A stretch of DNA of 64,000 nt from Candidatus Ozemobacteraceae bacterium (GTDB lineage: Bacteria; Muiribacteriota; Ozemobacteria; Ozemobacterales; Ozemobacteraceae), in the NCBI GenBank assembly GCA_965140445.1, contig OZ223236.1, positions 2,624,001-2,688,000 of the forward strand, read 5' to 3'. Below, in pieces: positions 29,455 through 40,100 of this stretch. The notes below the pieces were generated by a model. That model worked only from the letters and a program-made list of their open reading frames with translations, was not told where the DNA came from and searched no databases. Both the position numbers and the translations under genes were made by a program. Each line of letters begins with the position of its first letter. Within the stretch, counting starts at the first letter, position 1.

Positions 29455-30477
29455 CTATTCTGCATTACTCTGATAATAGTTTCTAAGTTTTTCGATTCCT
29501 TGAGCTATTGAAACTTTGGGTTCATAACCCAAATCCTTTTTAGCAGCATCTATGCAAAAATAATGGGCAGTTGAAAGCTCACCTGCAACCCATCTTGTAA
29601 TTGGTGGTTCTCCAGATAGTCTAAAAGTCTTAAAAACGATTTCGCACAAAAATCCTATTGCCCATGCTAGCATAGGAGAAATGGTAGCTGTAACAGGTGA
29701 AATTCCTGCGGCTCCAATTATTAAATTGGTTAGTTTGGAAATTTCCATCGGTTCGCCGTTTGTAATAAAATAAGGTTTTCCAGAAATTGGAGAAGAGGGG
29801 TAAAGCCTTTCAGCAGCATTAATATGTGCATCTGCTGCATTTTCTACAAAAACAGAATCAACCAGGTTTTTTCCATCGCCAACGAATTTCAGCTTTCCAG
29901 CTTTAGCTTTAGAAATCAAGCGGGGTGCAAGGTGGTTGTCCCCTGGCCCCCATATCAGGTGGGGTCTTAGCGAAACGGTTGCAAGACTTTCAGATGCATT
30001 TTTTAAAACAAATTTTTCAGCCATGCATTTGGTTTTAGGATAATAAGCCTCATGATGATCAGGATATGGCAAAGACTCATCAGCATTTTTAATATCCCCA
30101 TGAGAAAAAACAACGCTTGGAGAGCTTGTATAAACTAGTCTTTTAACTGCATGTTTTTTGCAGGCGGATACTACGTTTTCAGTTCCTTTGACGTTTATTC
30201 TTTCATACTCAGAATACGGCTCAGCAATTCCTGCTTTAGCAGCTGTATGAAAAACAACTTCAGCACCTTCTACTGCTTTGGAAACAATATCAAAGTCGGA
30301 AATTTCACCCTTAAATATTTTTACGCCCTTTTCAAGCAGGTCAGGATAATCTTTTCGACACAAAATGCGAACAACTAACTTTTTTTTGAGAAGTTTGTCA
30401 ACAATAGCTCGTCCAAGAAATCCACTTCCACCAGTTACAAGAACGACCTGTCCTTCTTCAAGGGGTAATAAGTTCAT
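29455..30477 (-). CDS. oleD: OleD, 2-alkyl-3-oxoalkanoate reductase (extended SDR)
   Basis: TGGSGFLG, HTAAKAG, TSSPSV, YxxxK (YPKTK), LRPHLIWGPGD; follows oleC; start corrected to the ATG at 30477. Confidence 0.9.
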   Translation of the reverse strand: MNLLPLEEGQVVLVTGGSGFLGRAIVDKLLKKKLVVRILCRKDYPDLLEKGVKIFKGEISDFDIVSKAVEGAEVVFHTAAKAGIAEPYSEYERINVKGTENVVSACKKHAVKRLVYTSSPSVVFSHGDIKNADESLPYPDHHEAYYPKTKCMAEKFVLKNASESLATVSLRPHLIWGPGDNHLAPRLISKAKAGKLKFVGDGKNLVDSVFVENAADAHINAAERLYPSSPISGKPYFITNGEPMEISKLTNLIIGAAGISPVTATISPMLAWAIGFLCEIVFKTFRLSGEPPITRWVAGELSTAHYFCIDAAKKDLGYEPKVSIAQGIEKLRNYYQSNAE

Positions 30478-30478
30478 T

Positions 30479-32140
30479 TTATTCTCCAAGAGTTTCAGCT
30501 GCCCATTTTGAAAGAATTTCACGCCCGATCTTTGCATTGTGTCTTATATCGACGGGAAATCCATGATGCACTAGAAAATGTTGTATTGGCTTTGTATGTT
30601 GGTATTTGGCTCCGATTTCCTTTAGCTCGTCTACCAGTTGCTTAAATTTTGCCTGTTGAATTGATTTTTCAACTTCAATACATAAAACAGGGGTTTGTTG
30701 CCCTTTATTTCCAATGCCCACAAGTGCTGTTCGGAAAACCTTTGGGTGCTGATTGAAAACCCTTTCGCATGGAATGGTAAAAAATGTTTGTTCGGCTGCT
30801 TCTACTCGATGAGATTTTCTTCCGCAAAACCATAGTCGGCCTTTTTCATCAAAACGCCCAACATCGCCCATTCTATGCCAAACCTTATCACCTTCCTGGA
30901 TCTTTGCCAGGCGAGTGTTTTCTGGGCGACGATAATATTCTTTAGTTACAATTGGCCCCTTGGCAACGATTTCACCGATTTCACCATTTTTTAGAACCAG
31001 ATCCTGAGACCAGTTTTCAATTGGATCATCAGTTATTTTAATAATTTTTACTTCTACGTGTTTAATTGGAAACCCAACGCAGGTTCCGCCGCCAGCATCA
31101 GTAACTGGAGCTGTTTCACCTAGAATATCATTGCTTCCAATTGAAGTTATGGGCAGTGCTTCTGTAGCACCATATGGAGTGAAAATTTGTGTGTCTTGAT
31201 TTAAAGCTTTATGGAACCGCTGAAGTATATCATTTCGCGCGGGGGCACCACATGAAAGGACTTTTACAAGAGAAGGCAACTTTATGTTGTTTTTTTCCGT
31301 ATATTTGCTCAATGTATCAAGTAGTGCCGGAGAACCAAACATTGAAGTCGCACCATTGTCTGAAATTGCCTCAATGAGCTTTTTAGGATCGGCTTTCGCA
31401 GGCTTGGTTGCATCCATATCTGGAACTACAGTTGTCATCCCAAGGCAGACGTCAAAAAGTGCAAACAATGGGAAAGTAGCTACATCAACATCAGATGCTG
31501 TAAAGTTGTAGATTTCCTGTATAAAATTCACCTGGCTGGTTAAAATTCCGTGAGAATAAACAGCCCCCTTGGAAATTCCGGTTGATCCAGATGTAAACAT
31601 GATTGCACCCATTTCATCAAAGGGCATCATGCAGATTTCAACCGGCGAAGCATCAGCATTGCGAAGATCATAGAACTTATGTCCGCCCCAGAAGATTTTT
31701 GGTCCAAGGGTTACGCAAATTTTAATGGTTTCTTTTCCCCATCCAAGGATAACTCTCAGCGCGTGGGCAATAGAAATTCCGATAAAAGCATCGGGTTCTG
31801 CTTCTGCCAGACAAGTTTTAAGATTTTTCAATCCCATTCCCGGGTCGATCATTACCATTGTTGCCCCAATTTTAGATAGGGCAAAAAAAGTAATAAAAAA
31901 TTCATGACCGGGTTTTAGCATAACGACAACTTTTGTTCCGCGCTTAATCCCTATGTTGGAAAAACCCCTTGCATAACGATTCGTTTCATCTTCAAGCTGC
32001 TTAAATGTCAGCCAGGTATAAGCTACTCTGTTGGCTTTATCGCGCCCAGAGGGAATTACTATTGCGCGTTTGTGGGGAGTTTCTTCGGCCTTTTGTCTAA
32101 TAAAGGCTGACATGTTAACAAGGTTGGGAGATGAGTTCAT
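30479..32140 (-). CDS. oleC: OleC, olefin beta-lactone synthetase (ANL superfamily)
   Basis: IDPGMG, FTSGSTG, TFPLFALF, TPYGATE, HRMGD, FCGRKSHRV, FPVDIRHNAKI. Confidence 0.92.
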   Translation of the reverse strand: MNSSPNLVNMSAFIRQKAEETPHKRAIVIPSGRDKANRVAYTWLTFKQLEDETNRYARGFSNIGIKRGTKVVVMLKPGHEFFITFFALSKIGATMVMIDPGMGLKNLKTCLAEAEPDAFIGISIAHALRVILGWGKETIKICVTLGPKIFWGGHKFYDLRNADASPVEICMMPFDEMGAIMFTSGSTGISKGAVYSHGILTSQVNFIQEIYNFTASDVDVATFPLFALFDVCLGMTTVVPDMDATKPAKADPKKLIEAISDNGATSMFGSPALLDTLSKYTEKNNIKLPSLVKVLSCGAPARNDILQRFHKALNQDTQIFTPYGATEALPITSIGSNDILGETAPVTDAGGGTCVGFPIKHVEVKIIKITDDPIENWSQDLVLKNGEIGEIVAKGPIVTKEYYRRPENTRLAKIQEGDKVWHRMGDVGRFDEKGRLWFCGRKSHRVEAAEQTFFTIPCERVFNQHPKVFRTALVGIGNKGQQTPVLCIEVEKSIQQAKFKQLVDELKEIGAKYQHTKPIQHFLVHHGFPVDIRHNAKIGREILSKWAAETLGE

Positions 32141-32154
32141 AAGTCTCTCCTGTT

Positions 32155-33045
32155 TCAGGGATTTTCTTGAAAAAAGTCTTTCATTAAGGAGAAAACCTCA
32201 GCTCCTACATCCTCTAATAGGTAATGTCCAGCGTGGAAGCTATGAAATTTTGCTTTTGGTAAATGTTTTTTCCAGGCTTCATAAAAATATCGGTTGAAAC
32301 AGAAGTCTTTTCTTCCAAAGCAAACTATTGCAGGGATGTGTTGCAACTTTTTTAAACCCTCTTCAACGCTAATAAGTTCAGCATACGAGGGGTCGTTTTC
32401 CAATAGAGGAATATCCTGGACAAATCTTGTGGTTGCCACTCTGTTTTCAGGGCTGTCGTAAGGAGCTGTAAAACCCTTTTTTATTTTTGGGGACATCCCT
32501 TTTATTGAGCAGGTGTGGCTTGCTATCCAGGAAAAAGCATTACAATTGGTATTTAACCAGGCGCCAATCCTGGTGTGACGAAACGCCCAAATTGGCCATG
32601 GAAAAGGACAATTAGCAGGCAATCTGAAGGCGGCGGTATTTAAAATCACAATCCTTTTGATCTTATCTGGGTGTCGGGTTGCGTAACCCATACCAATAGC
32701 TCCACCCCAATCATGTACAATCATGGTGATTTTCTGATTAAGATTTAGGCTGTCGATAAGTTTTTCCAGATTATCGATGTGATTTTTAAGCATGTATGGA
32801 AACTTTTCAAGGGATGGTTTATCTGAAAGCCCACAACCAATATGGTCTGGGGCAATAGTTCTATAATTGCCCGAAAAGCTTTTTATCATGTCGCGATAAA
32901 GAAAAGACCATGATGGGTTCCCGTGAACCATTACAAGGGGCTCACCTTCGCCCTCGTCAACATAGTGTTGCTTTATTTCTCCATGAGAAATGAAATTACT
33001 TTTGAATGGATAAATATCTTTGAATTCTTCTTTATTAAAGGCCAC
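32155..33045 (-). CDS. oleB: OleB, beta-lactone decarboxylase (haloalkane-dehalogenase-like alpha/beta hydrolase)
   Basis: VHGNPSWSF, DHIGCGLSDKP, VHDWGG, FVQDIPL, GHYLLED. Confidence 0.9.
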   Translation of the reverse strand: MAFNKEEFKDIYPFKSNFISHGEIKQHYVDEGEGEPLVMVHGNPSWSFLYRDMIKSFSGNYRTIAPDHIGCGLSDKPSLEKFPYMLKNHIDNLEKLIDSLNLNQKITMIVHDWGGAIGMGYATRHPDKIKRIVILNTAAFRLPANCPFPWPIWAFRHTRIGAWLNTNCNAFSWIASHTCSIKGMSPKIKKGFTAPYDSPENRVATTRFVQDIPLLENDPSYAELISVEEGLKKLQHIPAIVCFGRKDFCFNRYFYEAWKKHLPKAKFHSFHAGHYLLEDVGAEVFSLMKDFFQENP

Positions 33046-33046
33046 G

Positions 33047-34087
33047 TTACCATTCCCATCCTAGCATCATACTGTTTAATCCGCTTCCTATTCCAATAAA
33101 TCCAACCTTATCTCCAGACTCAAGAACACCTCGCTCTTCTGCAATTGCTGCAGTAACTGGCAAGGAAACCGTTCCCATGTTCCCAAGGAAAGGGAAGGTC
33201 GAAAAATCTTTGTCTAAAGACAAACCGAGATTGTTTAAAATTGCATCTCTATTTGCTGCCGCGACCTGATGAGAAATGATTTTGTCCAGCTCTTCTCTTG
33301 CCCATCCCATTTCAGTAAAGAAGGCGTCTCCGACTTTACGAATCAACTCTCCGCCATGGCGTAACATACCAATCGCATTGGTTTCCATCATTTGAGGCGC
33401 TCGCGCAGGAATTCTTTTGTCTGCTCCCCAGCGGCACATTCCGTGGTAATGAGGTGCCCCCATAGCTATTCCACTGAGAAGTTTTGGGCCCTTGTGACCG
33501 AAAGATCCATCGCTCAGAACCACTCCAACAGCACCAGAACCGCCAGTCATAGTGGCGAGTGCCTGCTTGAAAAATTCCATTGTCCCTTCCTCAAGCATAC
33601 GTTGGATCATTATTTGAGTGATTTCTCTTGCTGTTTCACATGCTACAACGACGCCAGCCCTAATTTGACCGAGCTCAATTCTGTTGGCAACATCAAGAAT
33701 TCCATTCATTACCCCAAGACAGGCGTTTGAAACATCACAAATAACAGTTTCGGCTTTAACTTTTAGCTCTGCCGCTACGTGACAAGCTGTCGCTGGTTCG
33801 TAATTATCACGACAAACTCCACCGTACACAACCGCTCCTATTTCTTCTATGGGAATATCTGTTTCGGCTAAAGCTTTCTTAGCGGCTTTAGCTGCCTCAA
33901 TTGCATTAATGTGTCCGGGGTTCCACCAACGACGTTCCCTGATTCCGGTTAAGGCTTCAAGTTGTCCGGGCTGGAGGTACAGCTTTCTGTACAGAGGGGC
34001 AAGTTTTTCCTCAATCCAGTTAGACGATATAACGTTCTGTGGAAGCTCGTATCCGATTGATTCAAGGAAAACACGACTGAATTTCAT
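33047..34087 (-). CDS. oleA: OleA, non-decarboxylative Claisen condensing enzyme (thiolase fold)
   Basis: EPATA (Glu base), SNACLG (Cys), SHQV (His), LGNMG (Asn), GIGSGLN. Confidence 0.92.
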   Translation of the reverse strand: MKFSRVFLESIGYELPQNVISSNWIEEKLAPLYRKLYLQPGQLEALTGIRERRWWNPGHINAIEAAKAAKKALAETDIPIEEIGAVVYGGVCRDNYEPATACHVAAELKVKAETVICDVSNACLGVMNGILDVANRIELGQIRAGVVVACETAREITQIMIQRMLEEGTMEFFKQALATMTGGSGAVGVVLSDGSFGHKGPKLLSGIAMGAPHYHGMCRWGADKRIPARAPQMMETNAIGMLRHGGELIRKVGDAFFTEMGWAREELDKIISHQVAAANRDAILNNLGLSLDKDFSTFPFLGNMGTVSLPVTAAIAEERGVLESGDKVGFIGIGSGLNSMMLGWEW

Positions 34088-34123
34088 AACCGCCCCTTTC
34101 GCAATTCGGAAAGGATAGCAAAC

Positions 34124-37100
34124 TTAATCATCAATTACAACCCTGAGTGCAAAATCTTTCATACCATAAACAATTCTGCCGTCTACCTGTAAATAGCCCT
34201 CTGCAAATATGGTGTGTGTTGAATCATCTATTTTAGTTACTACAGCATCTACTGTTACCATGTCATCCTTTGGAATGACCTGGCCTCGATATGTCCATTT
34301 ATGTTCAACGCCCAAAGCAATAGGTTCAAAATGGCATGCTCTATCTTTAAGCTCAGTACCCCATCTGTGGATGGCAGCAACTTTTAATAGCTGAAGGAAG
34401 GATTCCAGACCAAGTGAACCAGGAATAACAGGATCCTGGTAGAAATGAGCTTTGAAGAACCATTCAGATGGATCAACTTTTTTCTTGCCCTGAATCACTC
34501 CAAGACCATTTGGACCACCATCTGGAACGAATAATGAAACATTATCCAGCATAAGAAGAGCTTTTCCTGGAAGTGTAAGTCCATTCATTACTTCAACATT
34601 GTTGTCATCTGGAGTTAAAGGAGCAACTACGGCTAACGGGAAGTCTACGTGTCTGCTTTTTTCAGCTTCAGTAGCCTTATAAGGCTCTTCTCCGCGAATT
34701 CCAATCTGGTTTGCAAGTGCTTCTTCAGCAAAGAAACCAAAAGTTGTTTCGCCGTCATAAATTAATCTGCCTTGTTTTTTTACTGTAAATTTGAATGATT
34801 GAATCAACATACCAGCGGAATTTGCCGCTTTGGTCGATACTATATCCGCAGTTAATGTTCCTGAATTTACATTGATATCCTCATAAAGCGTTGCTTTACC
34901 ATCGAGATTTCTATAGTGAAGGGCTTTGTCGGATTGGAATGCAGAACCCATAAAACATGAATACCAGCCACAAACCTGAAGAGGGAATTCCAAAAAGATG
35001 GCAAAAGGAATACTTGTCTGTCTGTTTGCCTTAAAGAACCAGGCATCAGGTTTAATGTCAAATTGGCCCTGAACATGTCCTCCGGTTTTTATAATAAAAG
35101 GTTCTGCATCAACAGCAGTTATTCTATCAACCAATAAATATGGAGGGTTGGGAAGTCTGGCAAGAAATCTATCGGAGTCAAAAGGCTTCAGTTTATCGCC
35201 AAAACACAGAGATGGCTTTCCAATAGCGTATTCTAAGATCTGCTGTCCGGTGTAAATTGCTGGAAGCATTTCGGGGTCTACTGAAGCTGTAACAGCCTGA
35301 GGAGCAGCTACAACAGGCTGATTCCCTCGTCTGCTTAACCACAGATTTTCAATTTCTGTTTTATTGGTTCCGGTCAGGCGAATTGACATATTCAATACCT
35401 GAACAATTCTATTGCCATCTGCAAACATTAAAGCATCTGCAATTGCGTATGGCTCTGGATTGTAGCCAAGTTCCTTGATGGTAATTTCATAAAGAGCCTT
35501 CTTGGTGCCAGGTATAACCTGTCCACGGCATCGAAGTTGACTTTGGACTTCAGGAATAGGTTCAAATGCGCTCTTAGTGTAGTCAGAAACCCAACCCATT
35601 CTAAGAAGGAAAACTCTCAGTGACTGCATACAAGATTCATACATAAGAGTTCCTGGCATAACCTGATCATCAGAGAAATGACTGGTCAGGAACCATGGAT
35701 CAACCGGAATATCAATTTCGGCTTTAATCTGGCCAAGGCCAAATCGTCCACCAGTTGGGTTGATTTCAGTAATTCTGTCGATCATTTTCATCATTCCGGA
35801 AGGGATTCCCTGAGGAATAATGTCAATGCCTGCAAACTGGCTTCCGAAAGCAGCTTCAAGGTTGCCAGCTCTAAGGGCGTCAAGACGATCGTCGCTGTAT
35901 GATTCAATGGTCATTTCTGGCAAAATTTCTTTACCAGCAAACATTTGCTTAGGCTCAAGGCGAGTGTCTTCTTCTGTTAAAACAATTCCCTTTCCGTCGG
36001 CAAGCTGCTTATCAGTAAAGAAACCAGCACAGCCTTTTCTCATGGTAATGAGTTGTTTTCCATCAACGGTGCCGTCAAATTCGAAGAAAAACAGGTAAGT
36101 GTCAGCCTGACGGATAAATCTATCGACTTTGATGTCATAATTAACAACGTCTCCCGGTCTGGGAAGTGGACCATGGAAGGTTACAACTGCATCCAAAAGG
36201 CGATATTTAGCCAAGCCCTTTGTTTTAAAATCTATGCCAAGCCAACCTGAAAGGAAAAGATCTGCCTGGCCAGCTTCTACTGCAAGCCCGGTAGGCATAC
36301 AATAGTTATCGAGATACCATGCATCTGGATAAACATCGTGCTGAGTGACGCAACGGCCTTTGCCCAGACTTCCTTTTTCGCCTTCAACGAGGGTCATTCT
36401 GTCCACAAAATTCAATGGGATATCTGGAAGTCTAACTCTGGTTGGATATTGATCAATTGGCGCGAAATAATCGCCCAGTGCTTTTCCAATTTTGCCAATT
36501 GCGTATTCCATTGATTTTTCTCTATCCATGAACAATGGGCCTTCGTATTTAGGTGGCATTTTATTTGGATCAGCATGAACCACAGTTTTTGGTGCGGATA
36601 TAAAGTTTTCAGCGGGGGCGGAACCTGAAATGGTTGTTGGGAACTGGAAAGCAGCATTTGGAGCATGACCTTCCATTATGGCTATCTGTTGCTGAAGAAG
36701 CTGCATCTGAGCTGACAAATTTGAATTTGCGAGTTTCAAGAAAGCTTCATGGGCACTGGATGTAGCCATCTGTGTGTTCTGCCATTGCTGAAGAAGGGAA
36801 ATTTTAAATGCATCCTCATTACTCATTGGCATTTGGTTTTGAGAGGCTTGTGAATTTTGAGGAGTCTGATTATTAGATTGATATGCAATTTGAACTGCTT
36901 CTGGTTTTTCTTGCATTGGTAAAATTTCCTTCATTGGTTTTGGTGGAATTACAATTGCTTGTTTCGGTGGCAATTGAACTGGCTGTGGTTTAGTTATAGC
37001 CGGTTTTGGTTGAGAGATCTGAACTGGAGCTGCAGGCTTTGATATTGGTTTTGTTACAGGAGCTGTAGCTTTCAATTCAATTTTTCTTCCTACTGGAACC

Positions 37101-40100
37101 TTAATTATTGGTCGTTTTCTTTCCGGGGCTGTTTCATTTTTGTTGATCAGATCCACATAAAGAGGGGCCAAATCAACTGTAATATTATGAGAAGCTACTT
37201 CTGCAAGGAATTTGAGAAGAGTTGACTGCTCAGATTGCCCAAACATTAAAGCTGATCTTGCGAAATGTGGTCTGTCCCCAAGAATTTTGTTAGTCATTCG
37301 GGTCATTGAGCTTCTCGGGCCAATTTCAAGGAATATTCTAGCACCCTCTGCATAAGCAGTTTCAACGCATTTTGGAAAATCAATTTTTCCAATACACTGT
37401 GCAAGAATTGAATCAGCTGATGCTTCTTTTTCTGGTGTGAATACAACACCCTTGCCACTGCTGATATATTTTACTCTAGGCATAGGTGTACAATCATAAA
37501 CATGGAGATTTCTGTAATCTTCTGAGGATGGTATAGCGGCTGGACAATGTACAGATGAAACGCCATCTATAGGGAAGAATGGTTTATTTAGCTTCTTAAC
37601 GAGTTCTTCTACCTGGGGCTTGTTGCCGCCAATAATACATTCATCAAGAGTATTTACGATCAGAATATATGCTTGATCAAATTCTTTAATAGCCTGCTCT
37701 ACATCTTTTGCAGGACAATTTATAAGGCCAAGAATCCATTCTACATTTTCAGATTTTTTTAAGCCCCAATGTTTTCGTGCAGAATTATATTCTCCAATTA
37801 ATTCTGAGGTGAAAAGGTTCGATTTACGCATTCTACGAACCATTTCATCGCGTTTCTGCCATGTTCTGGTTGAGAAATTTCCAGCGGTTTCGCCAAGGCT
37901 ATAACCCATTACAATTTCTGGTTCAATGCCGAAGCTTCTTACTACATCGCTTACCAGTGCGCAGCAAGAAACATGACTGAAAACCAGAGAATTGTGATCA
38001 TCAATCATTGCCTTTTCAGCATCTTTTTCCCAGCCTTTTTCCCATGATAAGCGCCAAGGCGCAACATATTTTGGGGCGAATTGTGCCGCTAGAAGATCGA
38101 ACTCTTTGTCTAGTTTTCTGAGATGTTCAGGCCACATTCTTCCTAGTTCTACACCCATTCCAAGGTAGTGGTTGCCTGAGCCTGGGAACATAAAGGCTAT
38201 TTTGCCTTTTCCAGAAAGTGGGGTAGGGGTATAGAAAACCTTTTCATTAATTTCAAGATCAGGTTTGAAAGCCTTGCCTGGAGAATTGGTTATATGAGAA
38301 ACACATATAGCAATGCGTTTTGCCGCTTCTTCAAAGGTTTGAGCTACAAAGGAAATGCATACTTTATCGCTTTTTTTCTGCTTATTGCCTTGCCACCATG
38401 CAAATGCGGATTCTCTAAGTGAATCAAAGCTTTTGAAGCTATTTTGCAAAGCTGACAATTTTTTCAGAAGTTGATCATTTGATTCTGCGGAAATTATAAA
38501 GACTGTTTCCGGGCTCTGATTTACAGGAAATAGTCTTTTCTTCGCAGATTTTTCAATTGCATTCGGGTTCAATTTTTCATCATTTTCAAAGCCCTGTAAA
38601 ACCAGGTTGTAACATGTTCCATCAACTGAAAATGCATTCACACTTGCTGTTCTTGGACCTTGAACCTTGTTTCTTAGCCAATACTGAGGCTTGTCGGGAG
38701 TGAAAAGAAAGTCTTTTCTATCTTCAAGAGGCTCAATGGGAGAAATCATTCCAGGAAAAGCCGGAAGTATTTCGTTGAAGATACTTAAGCTGGCTTTTGC
38801 AACTGAAAAAAGTCCAGAAGCTGCGCCAGTATAACCTATGACAGATTTGGCTGAGCTAAGAGCACATAGTTGGTCATTAGTTTTAAATCTATTAGCATCC
38901 GTGACATTTTTCTTTGGGAAGAACTCGTTGATTGCTTTTGCTTCTTCGAGATCTTCAGCCGGAATTCCACTGCCGTTTGCTTCAATCAGGCCAGTAATTT
39001 CTGGAGAGAGTTCTGCCTCTGCATAGGCTTTTTTCATTGCAGACAAAATTGAGGACTTGTCTGGGGCATTTTTTTCAACGGCATTTGAGTGACCTATGCC
39101 CTTGATAACAGAATAAATAATATCCCCATCTCTTATCGCATCATCAAGTCTTTTTAAAACAACTGAAACAGCGCCTTCTCCAGGGAAAGACCCATCAGCA
39201 CTATTATCAAAAGGAACAGAGCCGCCTTTTCTAGAGAATGGTTTAACTGAATCTACACAAATTATATTTCTTAAATCGCCTGAAAGATCAATTGCACCTA
39301 CAAGTGCAGTATCAATTTCATTTCTTTGTAAGGCGCGCATTCCACTTTCAAGAGCCGAAAGACCTGAGTTTTCACCGCTTGAGAAAGTGTGAGATGGTCC
39401 GCCAACGTGAAATTCTCTGGCAACACGGCTGGCTACGATTCCGCCTAAAGAGCCTACTGTTCTGGTGTTGCTTAATGGTGGGGTGGCAGCATCTTTAACT
39501 TCATTCAGAGGCTTGCTTGAAAGCTTAAGTGATGCGGTTTTGGAATTGTTTTTCCATCTGACAGCAAAGTTCGTGCTTTCCAGGTCTAGCCCAATTCCAA
39601 TGTAAACACCCCAATCTTTTGCCATTTCTTTGGAGTGCTTGATTCCTTTTAATGCGTCATCTACGGTTTGAAGCATTAAAAGCTGTTGAGGAAGAATTTC
39701 TGGAATTTCAGCTGGTGATATTCGAAACTTACCTAATTCAAGGTCTAGTTCATCAAAATAATTGCCTTCTGAGACCCACTTTTCATTTAGTTTAAAAGGA
39801 TGTCTTGAGTCGGAAATCTCGTTTTTAACAGGTTTGCCTTCAAAAACAGCTTTTTGAAAGGAATCTAAAGAAAGCAGGCGTCCTGCACGAGTTCCAATTC
39901 CAACTATTGCAATTTCAACCGGTTTTTCGGCTGCAGATTTCTTTGTTGACTTATGAGAAGACTGATTCCATTCTTCCAGAAGAACATGCCCATCTATACC
40001 GCCAAATCCAAAAGCTGATAGAGCACACCTTCTTGGTTGCCCTTTCTTTAAAGGTTCCCATTTTATAGGGGATTTTAACACTGTAAATGGACTTTCTTCC

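Noticed and set aside
30478..30537. N-terminal extension of OleD in the ORF track
   Set aside because: It overlaps oleC; the ATG at 30477 has a GGAGA RBS and a 1-nt gap after the oleC stop
32155..33045. Haloalkane dehalogenase
   Set aside because: Same fold, but the position between oleA and oleC identifies it as OleB
33047..34087. Ordinary FabH
   Set aside because: OleA-type EPATA and GIGSG motifs and the oleBCD context
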